From the NCBI GenBank assembly GCA_964473175.1, contig CAYYNN010000001.1, forward strand, positions 408-64,407: a DNA stretch of 64,000 bases, read 5' to 3'. The position numbers and the translations under genes were made by a program. Below, one piece after another: positions 36,618 through 46,782 of the stretch (the stretch's first letter is position 1; every line of letters starts with the position of its first letter). Source of the stretch: an uncultured Candidatus Saccharibacteria bacterium. Its GTDB lineage: Bacteria; Patescibacteriota; Minisyncoccia; Phycocordibacterales; UBA9973. The notes beneath the pieces are model-generated. The model made no database searches and had not been told where the DNA came from. It saw nothing but the letters and a program-made list of their open reading frames with translations.

Positions 36618-37451
36618 TCACAACCCAGAAATCTTCGCAGCTATTGATTCCTTAATTTTTTCGAAGGTACGCGGCAAGAATTTTGCAAACATACCATTCG
36701 ATTCTTCTGGACTTAATCCATCCAATTCTTCTTGTTCCTTAGCGTAATCCATAGCGATAGTATCTTTGCTATTTTCTAGGAATTTTTCAATCTGACTGTC
36801 AGTGCGTGATCCTGGATTGCCGAGGATTGTGGTTTGGTATGTTATTGCAGCAAGTAATGCGATACTAGATTCAATTGTCGACTCATTGCTTACGGAAAAT
36901 TTGGGCATACCAAAGAATTGTTTTCTGTATAGTATTTCCCATGATAAGGAGCGGATACTAGCAATTGATACCTGGTCAGTGATGCCTTGAGCGGCCAATA
37001 ATGGATTGAGAATTTTCTCAGAAAGTCCAAGATGGTGCTCAGCGATTTTGTCAAATACCAATTCTATTTTCATTGTCGGGTTAATAGACAATTTAAATCC
37101 TTTCGCGGCCAGCATTTTGATGAACCGGTTAAGCTGAAGTTTCATTACAGAAGTTTGAAATTGATCCTCCTCTTTCTGTCTTAATACAGCACCATCTTTT
37201 TCCGTTTTATCCAATTCATTTTTTTTGGCTGTATTGATGGGTTTCCATGCAGTGATTTTGCTGCGAACAGCACTGATACCTTCAATAAAAATTTCAGGAA
37301 GATTCCCGTTCGCCTGACCAGTCTCAAGTGCCCAGAAAACGTGCTTCCGTTCATCTTCATTAAGTTGTTTAAATACATTTGTCTGGTTCGTGCCAGAGAT
37401 CAAAGATTGAATTTTTTCGTCAACCTGTGTTGTTGTTGGATTGAGTGTCAT
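36618..37451 (-). CDS. Hypothetical helical protein
   Basis: 277-aa ORF with TTGACA, 16 bp, TAATAT promoter. Confidence 0.7.
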   Translation of the reverse strand: MTLNPTTTQVDEKIQSLISGTNQTNVFKQLNEDERKHVFWALETGQANGNLPEIFIEGISAVRSKITAWKPINTAKKNELDKTEKDGAVLRQKEEDQFQTSVMKLQLNRFIKMLAAKGFKLSINPTMKIELVFDKIAEHHLGLSEKILNPLLAAQGITDQVSIASIRSLSWEILYRKQFFGMPKFSVSNESTIESSIALLAAITYQTTILGNPGSRTDSQIEKFLENSKDTIAMDYAKEQEELDGLSPEESNGMFAKFLPRTFEKIKESIAAKISGL

Positions 37452-37544
37452 TGTACGTTATTTAGTTGTTAATAATTTAAATGTATATTACATATATTAG
37501 TTAAATTGTCAAGCAACTCTATAGCTATGCTATACTGTCACTTT

Positions 37545-38951
37545 ATGAAGACATATTATCCAGTTATTGGCTTGGAAATACACGCTGAATTGGCAACAAA
37601 GTCCAAGATGTTTTGTGGATGCAAAAACGACCCCGACGAAGTGCATCCAAACGTCAACATTTGCCCGATATGTATGGCTCATCCTGGGACATTACCTGTG
37701 GCAAATAAGGCTGCGATAGAGAGTGTGATCAAGGTAGGCCTCGCGCTCGACTCGACCATTGCTGACTTCTCAGAATTTGACCGCAAGAACTACTTCTATC
37801 CCGACATCCCAAAGGGGTACCAGATCTCGCAGTACAAATACCCAATCGTATCTGGTGGCATGCTCAATGGTGTCGAGATTACGCGTATCCACCTCGAAGA
37901 AGACACGGGGATATCCAAGCACGACCGTGGAGACTTTACTCTAGTGGACTACAACCGAGCTGGGGTACCACTGATGGAGATGGTCACAGAGCCTGTGATA
38001 CACAGTGCCACTGACGCTGCCAACTTTGCTCGCGAACTCCAGCTATTGCTGCGCACACTCGGCGTATCCGAAGCTAACCTCGAGAAAGGGGAGATGCGTG
38101 TCGAGCCCAATATCTCGATCTCTGATGAACAAGGCAAATTTGGAACTAAAGTAGAAGTCAAGAACCTCAACTCATTCAAGAGTGTCGAAAAAGCGATCGA
38201 ATACGAACTCGCACGCATGCAAGCACTCTATGAAGCAGGGAGACAGGATGAAATAGTCCAAGAAACACGCGGATGGGACGAGAACAAGCAATCTACGTTT
38301 TCACAACGATCAAAAGAAAATGCGAACGACTACCGATACTTCCCAGATCCCGACTTGCCCAAGATGCAGTTACATCAAGCATTTGATCTCGCCACAATGA
38401 AAGGCGCGTTAGCAGAGCTACCGTGGGAGAAGCGCACACGATATACCACTATCTATGGGCTCAAGTCTCAAGATGCAGAAATACTCGTAGGAGATCATAC
38501 CCTTGCGACGTATTTTGAATCCATTATCCAAGGCAAAGACAAAGCATACGCGCAACTAACTGCCAACTATCTCATCTCTGATCTCCTCGGTCTCATGAAG
38601 AAAGATAGTGCAGCCAAGCTCCCGGACGCTGCGTACCTGACCGAGCTCATCGAGATGGTCACTGCGGGTGAAGTCACGTCTCGTGGCGCAAAGGATACTC
38701 TCGCACTCCTTGTGACCGCTCCAACTTCCCCGCGCAAGATCGCAACTGACCAAGGATTCCTCCAACAGAATGATCCCGAAGCCCTGAAGGAGATTGTGGC
38801 ACAAGTCATTGCAGAGAACGCAAAGATCGTCGCTGACTACAAAGCCGGCAAAGAAGCCGCAATCCAAGGCCTCGTCGGACAAGTGATGAAACTATCAAAA
38901 GGGTCTGCAAATCCGGCAGTGGCATTGCAATTGCTCAAAGAGATGGTATAG
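37545..38951 (+). CDS. gatB: Asp/Glu-tRNA amidotransferase subunit B
   Basis: IGLEIHAEL.TKSKMFC, RKNYFYPD, RIHLEEDTG, DYRYFPDPDL. Confidence 0.96.
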   Translation: MKTYYPVIGLEIHAELATKSKMFCGCKNDPDEVHPNVNICPICMAHPGTLPVANKAAIESVIKVGLALDSTIADFSEFDRKNYFYPDIPKGYQISQYKYPIVSGGMLNGVEITRIHLEEDTGISKHDRGDFTLVDYNRAGVPLMEMVTEPVIHSATDAANFARELQLLLRTLGVSEANLEKGEMRVEPNISISDEQGKFGTKVEVKNLNSFKSVEKAIEYELARMQALYEAGRQDEIVQETRGWDENKQSTFSQRSKENANDYRYFPDPDLPKMQLHQAFDLATMKGALAELPWEKRTRYTTIYGLKSQDAEILVGDHTLATYFESIIQGKDKAYAQLTANYLISDLLGLMKKDSAAKLPDAAYLTELIEMVTAGEVTSRGAKDTLALLVTAPTSPRKIATDQGFLQQNDPEALKEIVAQVIAENAKIVADYKAGKEAAIQGLVGQVMKLSKGSANPAVALQLLKEMV

Positions 38952-38958
38952 TACGCAC

Positions 38959-39037
38959 AGATTCACCAAATTTCATGTTGGTTGTTTTAAGGGTTAAAGA
39001 AAAAAGCACCGACTGTCTAGTCGGGGCTTTTATTTTT
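38959..39037 (+). ncRNA. Candidate small RNA
   Basis: TGgTATAGT (38944-38952) over the gatB stop, ~45 nt U/G-rich body, then a terminator. Confidence 0.35.
39002..39031 (+). terminator. Intrinsic terminator
   Basis: AAAAGCaCCGACT-GTCT-AGTCGGgGCTTTT. Confidence 0.8.
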
Positions 39038-39052
39038 TAGTATACTTATATG

Positions 39053-42000
39053 ATGCGTACACTACACATCCGGCCTACTGCACGTATCAAAGCATTGGCA
39101 CAGGTATCTCGACTCATTGCAACAGCATTTCTCGCATTTTTAATTATCGGATTTACACAGACTGCTCATGCGGCGTTGACTGACAGTCTTGTCGGATTTT
39201 GGAACTTCAATGAAGAAAACGGTCTCCGAGCCGATACAGTAGGATCGAGCACGCTTACCGATATCAATGGGATGACTTCGACTGCGGGCAAAATGGACAA
39301 CGCAGCCGTACTCATCAGTCCAACATACCTCACCTCTCCTGATAGTGCGACACTCAGTACGGGTGATATTGACTTTACATTCGCGGGATGGATATACCTC
39401 AACTCAAAGACCCCGTTCCAAGGTATCGTCAGTAAATGGGATACGGCAACCACTCGAGAGTATTTAATAGCATATGACAACGCTGCGGACAGATTCATAT
39501 TTGATGTCAGCTCCAATGGGGTTGCACAGACTGTGATCAGCGGCACGAACTCTGGTGCGCTATCGACAGGGACTTATTATTTTGTGGTTGCATGGCATAA
39601 TTCTGTCAGCAACACTATCAATATTCAGGTCAATAACGGGACCGTAAATAGCACTGCTCATACTACAGGAGTCTATGATAGTCCTTCTGCGCTTGTCATC
39701 GGGCGATATCAGGGTGTTGGTTCATTCAACGGACGCATAGATGGATTGGGTATGTGGAAGCGAGTGTTGACTGCCCAAGAACGTACCGACCTCTACAACG
39801 CAGGTGCGGGACTGGATTACCCATTCATTACGACGACCCCAAGCGCCCCGACAGGGCTTACTGGTAAGTTTGTTTCATCTACGGATGCCAATCTCGCGTG
39901 GACCATTCCGTCATCGGGCAATTCCGTCATTACTGACTATGTGATCGAGTACAAACTCTCGAGTGATAGTACGTGGACGACCGCAAGTGATGGAGTCAGT
40001 GCTGTCCCGAGTGCAACTATTACGGGACTTACCAATGGCGTCAATTATGACTTCAGAGTATCGGGAGTTAATGCGATAGGTCAAGGTACTCCGAGCACCT
40101 CGACTATCATACGGAGTATTCTGCTCTACGATGAATTTGCTGGCACGACGATAGATACAACGAAATGGAACGAGATAGACTCTGAAGGCTCAGGAGGTAC
40201 AAGTGGCAAGGTGCAACAGAATGATACTCTCACCGTTGCAAACAGTAACGCATCGTCTGCTTGGGGACTCACTGCACTTGAATCTACTGCTATGTATTAT
40301 GCAGACGATTTGGAGATATCGGCAGTCATGACGCGCGGTTCAGACCAGCTCATCGTGTATGGAGATACGAGTTTCACCAGTCTCGGCACAAATGCGTACG
40401 TACTCGATCTCACCGCTACGAACGTCTTGGGGTTGGTATGGGGCAATGGCGCACTGCGCACCAGTGTTACCTGTGGCACGGTGACCAATGGTGCAACGTA
40501 CCGTATGAAGCTCACTGCTACGGGGTATCAAATATACAAAAACGACACCTTGGCGTGTACGGTGACCCCGAACGCAATTTATTTGGTTGATTACAAGCCG
40601 ATATCATTACAGTCCGCTACTACTGCAAGTACCTTTGACGATGTAACCGTTGTTGGTCCTGTACCCAATCCAGTAGCACCGGATGCCCCAATTATTGGTA
40701 CTGCAACTGCAGCGGACGGTGCAGCGATAGTTACCTTTTCTGCACCTGTTGATAATGGCAATTCTCCTATTACTTCATACACTGTTACGTCTACACCTGG
40801 CTCTGTGACTGCGACGGGGGCATCGTCACCTATTACCATAACGGGGCTCACCAATGGAGTAGAGTACACATTCACGGTGACAGCGACGAACATTGCGGGT
40901 ACGTCAGTAGCGTCGAGTGCGTCCAATGCAGTCACCCCAGTCGTTCCGCCAGCACCTGGACAAGTACTCGCGCTCACTGCTCAAGGTGTCAATCAACAAG
41001 CACTATTGAATTGGGATGCGTCTGTCACTGGAGGTGCAGCCAATGACTACATCGTTGAATATAAGCCAAGTGCGAGCGATACATGGCAAACCTTTGCTGA
41101 TGGTACCAATACACTCACAAAGGTCATAGTGGATGAACTTGAGAATGATCTCTCTTACGATTTCCGAGTGAGCGCAGTCAACAACGCAGGTACTGGTCAA
41201 GCGTCAGATACTGCGAGTGCTACTCCCGCTGCGATCGGAGCGCTCGCATTTGTATTCACTGGCGAGAGTAACTCTGGTGGTATCGGTCTCAACTCCGATG
41301 CGACTGCACCCGAACTCGCATCTCGTTCGTCTGTCCAGATCACCAACCTGACATCAGGAGCGTTTTTGTACGAAAATTTGGACATCGGTACCAACAACTT
41401 GCGCGATCATACTGGGCTCGAAGCGTATTATGCCAACTCACACGGCTTTGAATTGCAATTGGCAAATTCTACAGAAGCCAACGAATTCCCAGATCATTCG
41501 CAAGTCTATTTGACCAAGACTGGGCACGGTGGATCGGTTATCAGTCAGTGGAATGAGGGAGGCGCATACTGGACCAAGTTCTTGCAACGCACCACTGCCG
41601 CAAAGGCACAATTACCATCAGATCGACAGTGGGTAGTATGGCTGAGTCTCGGTATCAACGACGCAATTATTGCAACTCCTACATCTACCTGGAAGACCGC
41701 AATGGTCAGTCATATCAACAAGATCAAGGCGGACCTGCCCGGCACTATTATTATATTGACCCAGTTTCAATCAATGTCAGGAGGGTTGGGGTATCCCACG
41801 TTCAATGCCGTCATGGATGAGATCGCCGCAGAAGAAGCCAATGTCTATGTAGTGAGCTCAGCTGGTGCTGCGAGTCGTGACTCCAACCATTGGAGTTATA
41901 GCGGATTAAAGACCGTTGCATCACGCATGGTAGATATCACCAACAACACGCTCGGGCTAATCTATCCGGGTATGCCTACGAGTCTATCTGCAACTGCAGG

Positions 42001-42925
42001 TGTCGAAGAAGCAACACTCTCGTGGAATGCACCGATCGCTGATGGAGGTAATGCGATCAGTGATTACCGTATAGAGTACAAACTGAGCGCTGATGCTGGA
42101 TGGAACGTGTTTGCAGATGGGACTTCTACTGCGACATCCGCTACCGTCACTGGTCTCGATGGAGCCGCATACGATTTCCGAGTGAGTGCAGTCAGTAGCA
42201 GTGGTGTTGGTAATCCTTCCAACACTGCATCCGCGACACCGACCATTGCTCCTGATGTGACTGCACCACAGATATCTGCAGTTGACGCATCGATTTCTAA
42301 TACTTCAGCTATTATCACGTGGACTACTGACGAGCCGGCAGAATCTCTCGTAGAGTATGGCCTGACGACTTCGTATGGGCAGTCGAGTACAATCTCGAGT
42401 TCGCTTGTCACTTCTCATAGTGTGACACTGTCAGGATTATCTCCATCAACGCTTTATTATTATCGAGTGACGTCAGTTGATGATTCACTCAACTCTGCAA
42501 CGTCTACCATGGCGAGCTTCACAACCACTGCAACACCTTCGCCGACTCGTGTCACGACGACAGGGTACTATTCTCCAACAGTTGTATGTAAGCCTGGACA
42601 CCTCTTTAGTACGATCACAGGTCGTCCATGTACTGGCACTTCCATCCCTGTGTCTCCTATGCCGACGTCACCACGATACAACTTCAGCCGATCCCTCAGT
42701 ATAGGAATGACAGGTCCAGATGTTCGAGCATTGCAGATATTCCTCAACGCGCATGGCGCTCCAGTTGCTACTACCGGAGCAGGTTCACCGGGAGCCGAGA
42801 CCATGCTCTATGGATCTCTCACTCGTGCTGCAGTCGCAAAGTATCAAGCACTCAACAACATCAAACCCGCAGTTGGATTCTTTGGACCTATTACGAGGGC
42901 GTGGGTCAATACACACCAGCAATAG
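39053..42925 (+). CDS. Large surface protein: LamG + FN3 repeats + SGNH/SASA-like esterase + FN3 + peptidoglycan-binding domain
   Basis: Signal (AHA|A); FTFAGWI..FNGRIDGL (LamG); several W..P..GNS.ITDY..Y.FRV.A.N..G (FN3); FTGESNS...GIND...DSNHW (SGNH); LSIGMTGPDVRALQIFLN...FGPITR (PG binding). Confidence 0.85.
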   Translation: MRTLHIRPTARIKALAQVSRLIATAFLAFLIIGFTQTAHAALTDSLVGFWNFNEENGLRADTVGSSTLTDINGMTSTAGKMDNAAVLISPTYLTSPDSATLSTGDIDFTFAGWIYLNSKTPFQGIVSKWDTATTREYLIAYDNAADRFIFDVSSNGVAQTVISGTNSGALSTGTYYFVVAWHNSVSNTINIQVNNGTVNSTAHTTGVYDSPSALVIGRYQGVGSFNGRIDGLGMWKRVLTAQERTDLYNAGAGLDYPFITTTPSAPTGLTGKFVSSTDANLAWTIPSSGNSVITDYVIEYKLSSDSTWTTASDGVSAVPSATITGLTNGVNYDFRVSGVNAIGQGTPSTSTIIRSILLYDEFAGTTIDTTKWNEIDSEGSGGTSGKVQQNDTLTVANSNASSAWGLTALESTAMYYADDLEISAVMTRGSDQLIVYGDTSFTSLGTNAYVLDLTATNVLGLVWGNGALRTSVTCGTVTNGATYRMKLTATGYQIYKNDTLACTVTPNAIYLVDYKPISLQSATTASTFDDVTVVGPVPNPVAPDAPIIGTATAADGAAIVTFSAPVDNGNSPITSYTVTSTPGSVTATGASSPITITGLTNGVEYTFTVTATNIAGTSVASSASNAVTPVVPPAPGQVLALTAQGVNQQALLNWDASVTGGAANDYIVEYKPSASDTWQTFADGTNTLTKVIVDELENDLSYDFRVSAVNNAGTGQASDTASATPAAIGALAFVFTGESNSGGIGLNSDATAPELASRSSVQITNLTSGAFLYENLDIGTNNLRDHTGLEAYYANSHGFELQLANSTEANEFPDHSQVYLTKTGHGGSVISQWNEGGAYWTKFLQRTTAAKAQLPSDRQWVVWLSLGINDAIIATPTSTWKTAMVSHINKIKADLPGTIIILTQFQSMSGGLGYPTFNAVMDEIAAEEANVYVVSSAGAASRDSNHWSYSGLKTVASRMVDITNNTLGLIYPGMPTSLSATAGVEEATLSWNAPIADGGNAISDYRIEYKLSADAGWNVFADGTSTATSATVTGLDGAAYDFRVSAVSSSGVGNPSNTASATPTIAPDVTAPQISAVDASISNTSAIITWTTDEPAESLVEYGLTTSYGQSSTISSSLVTSHSVTLSGLSPSTLYYYRVTSVDDSLNSATSTMASFTTTATPSPTRVTTTGYYSPTVVCKPGHLFSTITGRPCTGTSIPVSPMPTSPRYNFSRSLSIGMTGPDVRALQIFLNAHGAPVATTGAGSPGAETMLYGSLTRAAVAKYQALNNIKPAVGFFGPITRAWVNTHQQ

Positions 42926-42943
42926 TTTGGTATACTGGGCCCT

Positions 42944-43981
42944 ATGGATACAACAACACAAGTGACAATCAAAGTAGCTATCAATGGATTTGGCCGCATT
43001 GGACGAGCATTCCTCAAGGTAGCATGGATGCGACCCGAGATCGAGATCGTCGCAGTCAATGACCTCGGCAGTATCGAAAGCCTCGCGTACCTCCTCCGAC
43101 ACGATACGGTCTATCGAGACTGGGGACACGATGTAGTTGTATCTGGCACCGACCTCACTATCGACGGCAAACAGATAAAGTTTATATCCGAGAAAGACAC
43201 GACGAAGCTTCCATGGAAGGATCTCGGAATAGACGTCGTCGTCGAGTCCACTGGACTCTTTACTGCATACGAGAAGGCAAAGTTCCATCTCGATCAAGGT
43301 GCAAAGAAAGTAGTGATCTCTGCACCATCCAAAGGCGATGGATCTTTTCCAGGAGAAACAATATTGCTCGGCGTGAATGAAGAAAAGTTTGGTACGTGCG
43401 ATATCACAAGTAATGCATCATGCACAACAAACGCATCTTCTCCATTGATCGGTATTTTGAATGAAGCCTTCGGTATCGAAAAGGCGATCCTCAACACCGT
43501 CCACGGCTATACTGCATCACAGTCTCTCGTGGATGGTCCGAGTAAGAAAGATTTGCGTGAAGGTCGCGCTGCTGCACAAAACATTGTGCCATCATCTACT
43601 GGTGCAGCTATTGCGGTGACCTTGGCCTATCCAGAACTCAAAGGACTCTTTGACGGTATTTCTATCAGAGTACCAGTACCAGCAGGATCTATTGTCGATG
43701 TGACATTCATTTCAAAGAAAGATACAACTGCCGCAGAGGTAAATGATATTCTCACCAAGGCTGCATCTGACCCACGTTGGGCGGGAGTATTCACCGTAAC
43801 AAACGAACCGCTCGTCTCAAGTGATATCCTCGGCAACCGCCACGCCTCTATCGCAGATCTCGAAATGACTCGTGTCGTCGGCGGCAACCTTGTGAAGGTC
43901 ATGGGGTGGTACGACAACGAAATGGGGTATACGTATACACTTGTGGATCATGTGATCAAGACAGGGGAGACGATTAAATAA
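42944..43981 (+). CDS. gap: Type I glyceraldehyde-3-phosphate dehydrogenase
   Basis: INGFGRIGR, SNASCTTN, WYDNE. Confidence 0.96.
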   Translation: MDTTTQVTIKVAINGFGRIGRAFLKVAWMRPEIEIVAVNDLGSIESLAYLLRHDTVYRDWGHDVVVSGTDLTIDGKQIKFISEKDTTKLPWKDLGIDVVVESTGLFTAYEKAKFHLDQGAKKVVISAPSKGDGSFPGETILLGVNEEKFGTCDITSNASCTTNASSPLIGILNEAFGIEKAILNTVHGYTASQSLVDGPSKKDLREGRAAAQNIVPSSTGAAIAVTLAYPELKGLFDGISIRVPVPAGSIVDVTFISKKDTTAAEVNDILTKAASDPRWAGVFTVTNEPLVSSDILGNRHASIADLEMTRVVGGNLVKVMGWYDNEMGYTYTLVDHVIKTGETIK

Positions 43982-43986
43982 TAATA

Positions 43987-44424
43987 ATGGAATCTGAGCA
44001 ATTTTTATTTAATAGACACGAAAATGCAGAACGGGAAATTCCTGATGAACTTAAAAATGCGCTTTCATACCTCAATAAAAACGGTGATTTTATAAAATTA
44101 AGAACATTTCTAAAAAACCAAGGGGTACAAGAGTCATATACTATAGATCAGGTAACGGAACATCGATTGGAAAAAGGTGTGAACCTCTGTCTTAGTGGAA
44201 TAAACAGTAGCGTTATGAAAAATAACATCAAAGGATTGGACATTGGGTTTTCTCAGTTGCGAGTATTGAAAGATACTGGCCTTTTGTCTGAAACTATTTT
44301 TCAAAAGGGATTTAAAAAATTTATTGATATTTTGAAATCAGAAGAGGGTATGGTGTTCACATCAGAACAATATGACACTATTCAGGAAAAAATGAAGGAA
44401 TATTTAGATTGGTGTATAGTATAG
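43987..44424 (+). CDS. Hypothetical AT-rich protein inserted in the operon
   Basis: Fills the gap between gap and rpiB; no recognised motif. Confidence 0.6.
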   Translation: MESEQFLFNRHENAEREIPDELKNALSYLNKNGDFIKLRTFLKNQGVQESYTIDQVTEHRLEKGVNLCLSGINSSVMKNNIKGLDIGFSQLRVLKDTGLLSETIFQKGFKKFIDILKSEEGMVFTSEQYDTIQEKMKEYLDWCIV

Positions 44425-44440
44425 ATACTTCAAAAAATCT

Positions 44441-44881
44441 ATGAAAATCCATCTCGCCACAGACCACACAGGTATTGCACACAAAGAGTTGCTCAAGGAG
44501 TTTTTGAGTGCGCAGGAGGGCATAGAAGTCGTCGATCATGGTGCGGTAGTTTTGGATCCTACCGATGACTATCCAGACTTTATATTGCCATGCGCGCAAG
44601 CTGTGGCAGCTGATCCGGACGATAGTATGGGAGTGATATTTGGCGGGTCAGGACAAGGCGAGGCAATGTGTGCGAACCGTATTGCAGGAATACGTGCATG
44701 TGTGTACTATGGTGGACCATCAGAGATAGTGACATTGCCGCGTGAGCACAATGCGTCAAACGTCCTCTCTATCGGTGCACGGTTTGTGACACCAGAGATA
44801 GCGCTCGATGCAGCAAAACTCTGGCTCGTGACGCCGTTTTCTGGAGACGAACGACACATACGACGTATTGCAAAATTTTAA
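44441..44881 (+). CDS. rpiB: Ribose-5-phosphate isomerase B (Cys-less GGSGxGE type)
   Basis: ATDHTG, DDYPD, GGSGQGEAM.ANR, REHNASN, RH.RRI. Confidence 0.92.
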   Translation: MKIHLATDHTGIAHKELLKEFLSAQEGIEVVDHGAVVLDPTDDYPDFILPCAQAVAADPDDSMGVIFGGSGQGEAMCANRIAGIRACVYYGGPSEIVTLPREHNASNVLSIGARFVTPEIALDAAKLWLVTPFSGDERHIRRIAKF

Positions 44882-44893
44882 TACTTACAATCT

Positions 44894-45607
44894 ATGAAAA
44901 TAATCCCCGCCATACTTCCACTTCGCTACTACGATATTCCAAACGGGATCGAGAAACTCGGAGGAGCAGTTGATACGGTACAAATTGATTTTGTTGACGG
45001 GAACTTTGCGACACAACGCACGTGGTGGTTCAATAACAAAAACGCCGACAAGCTCGCAGAACTTCTCGAACAAAAAGAAGGTCTTCCTGAATGGGAGTCC
45101 ATGAACTATGAATTTGATCTGATGATCAAAGATCCATTTGAATATATGGATATATTTTTAGCACTTGGTCCATCCAAAATAATTTTCCATGTTGAAGCCG
45201 TTGATCAAGAAAAAATGATCACGTATTTTGAAACGTTGCCAGTTATTATCAAAGATCTCATGACGTTTGGGATGGCCATCGGCATTGATACTGATCCGGA
45301 ACTCGTGCGACCGTACCTCGACCATATCGACACAGTACAATGTATGGGTATTGCAAACGTTGGATTTCAAGGACAACCCTTTGATATGCGAGCTATTGAG
45401 CAAGTGAAGAAAGCAAAAGAACTTTTCCCAGACAAAACGATATCAGTGGATGGTGGTGTTACGCGTGAAAGTGCAGCGTTACTCGCAGTGGCAGGAGCAC
45501 AGACGTTGGTTGTAGGTTCGACGGTGTTTCAATCCAATGACATACACGGTACAATAAAGGAACTCAAATCCATATGTCATCTGGCGACTTCACCACAAGA
45601 GAATTAG
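44894..45607 (+). CDS. rpe: Ribulose-phosphate 3-epimerase family
   Basis: IIPAIL, QIDFVDG.F, GFQGQPF, SVDGGV, VVGS. Confidence 0.85.
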   Translation: MKIIPAILPLRYYDIPNGIEKLGGAVDTVQIDFVDGNFATQRTWWFNNKNADKLAELLEQKEGLPEWESMNYEFDLMIKDPFEYMDIFLALGPSKIIFHVEAVDQEKMITYFETLPVIIKDLMTFGMAIGIDTDPELVRPYLDHIDTVQCMGIANVGFQGQPFDMRAIEQVKKAKELFPDKTISVDGGVTRESAALLAVAGAQTLVVGSTVFQSNDIHGTIKELKSICHLATSPQEN

Positions 45608-46440
45608 AAATCAAAGCAAACGATATTCGTGAGTCTATCATTGCGATGCTTTTGGAAGCGGGCAGTGGTCATACTGCGGGACCACTCGGTATGGCAGATG
45701 TGTTCACTGCGCTGTACTTTGAATTGCTTCGACACAAGCCCGAAGATCCAACATGGAAAGATCGCGATAGGCTTGTGCTTTCAAATGGGCATATCAACCC
45801 TGTATTGTACGCAGCGATGGCGCACGCAGGATATTTCCCATTAGACGAACTTATGACGCTACGTAAGTTTGGTTCACGCCTCCAAGGACATCCGCATCGT
45901 GAATGGTTGCCAATGCTCGAAAACTCTTCTGGACCTTTGGGGTCAGGCCTCTCGCAAGCTGTCGGCATGGCCATAGCAGACCGTATGGATTTTGGTATTA
46001 CCTCATCCAAATACATGTATTGCTTGTTAGGGGATGGTGAACTCAACGAAGGCAACAATTGGGAAGCAGTCATGCTTGCAGGCAAAGAAAAACTGCGCAA
46101 TCTCATCGCAATCGTCGATCGCAACAACATACAGATCGATGGCTATACCGAAGACGTCATGCCGCTCGATAGTCTGATAGCAAAATGGGAAGCATTCAAC
46201 TGGCATGTGCAGGAAATAGATGGCAACAACATGCATGCCATCATAGATGCAGTGAACAAAGCGAAGTCAGTATTTGAAAAGCCATCAGTCATCATCGCGC
46301 GCACTATCCCTGGTAAAGGTGTGCGAGAATTCGAACGTAAGTTTGAGTGGCATGGCAAGGCACCAAATAAAGAAGAGGCAAATATGGCACTGGATGAATT
46401 GCGGACGTTGGGAGGGAAGATTAAGAGTGAGCATACATAA
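45574..46440 (+). CDS. Transketolase, N-terminal subunit
   Basis: SGHTAG, RDRLVLSNGH, LQGHP, GDGELNEG (TPP binding). Confidence 0.93.
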   Translation: MSSGDFTTRELEIKANDIRESIIAMLLEAGSGHTAGPLGMADVFTALYFELLRHKPEDPTWKDRDRLVLSNGHINPVLYAAMAHAGYFPLDELMTLRKFGSRLQGHPHREWLPMLENSSGPLGSGLSQAVGMAIADRMDFGITSSKYMYCLLGDGELNEGNNWEAVMLAGKEKLRNLIAIVDRNNIQIDGYTEDVMPLDSLIAKWEAFNWHVQEIDGNNMHAIIDAVNKAKSVFEKPSVIIARTIPGKGVREFERKFEWHGKAPNKEEANMALDELRTLGGKIKSEHT

Positions 46441-46495
46441 TAAAAATATAGTTCCCAGATTTACATTTATTTCTGAGGGGGTGTAGAATAGAGGT

Positions 46496-46780
46496 ATGAA
46501 AAAAGAGATTATAAAACAACCAAAGTCTCTCGAAGGCAAAATAGATGATTTGGCACTGGTCGTAGACAACCTAGCTATTGCGATGGCAAATGGTTTTTCG
46601 TCACTAAAAACTTCATTTGAATCATCATTGCGACAAGAAATTGATTCTGTAAAGACAATATTGGCTACCAAAGCCGATAGATCAGATATTCTCGCATTCC
46701 ACGACAAATTTCCATCCAATGAAAAGTTCGATAAGCTCTCAGTTCGCGTGTCAGCATTAGAAGTAAAAAAGAATCGATAG
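46496..46780 (+). CDS. Small coiled-coil hypothetical protein between the transketolase halves
   Basis: IDDLALVVDNLAIAMANGF...RVSALE; TAGAAT 6 nt upstream. Confidence 0.7.
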   Translation: MKKEIIKQPKSLEGKIDDLALVVDNLAIAMANGFSSLKTSFESSLRQEIDSVKTILATKADRSDILAFHDKFPSNEKFDKLSVRVSALEVKKNR

Positions 46781-46782
46781 TT

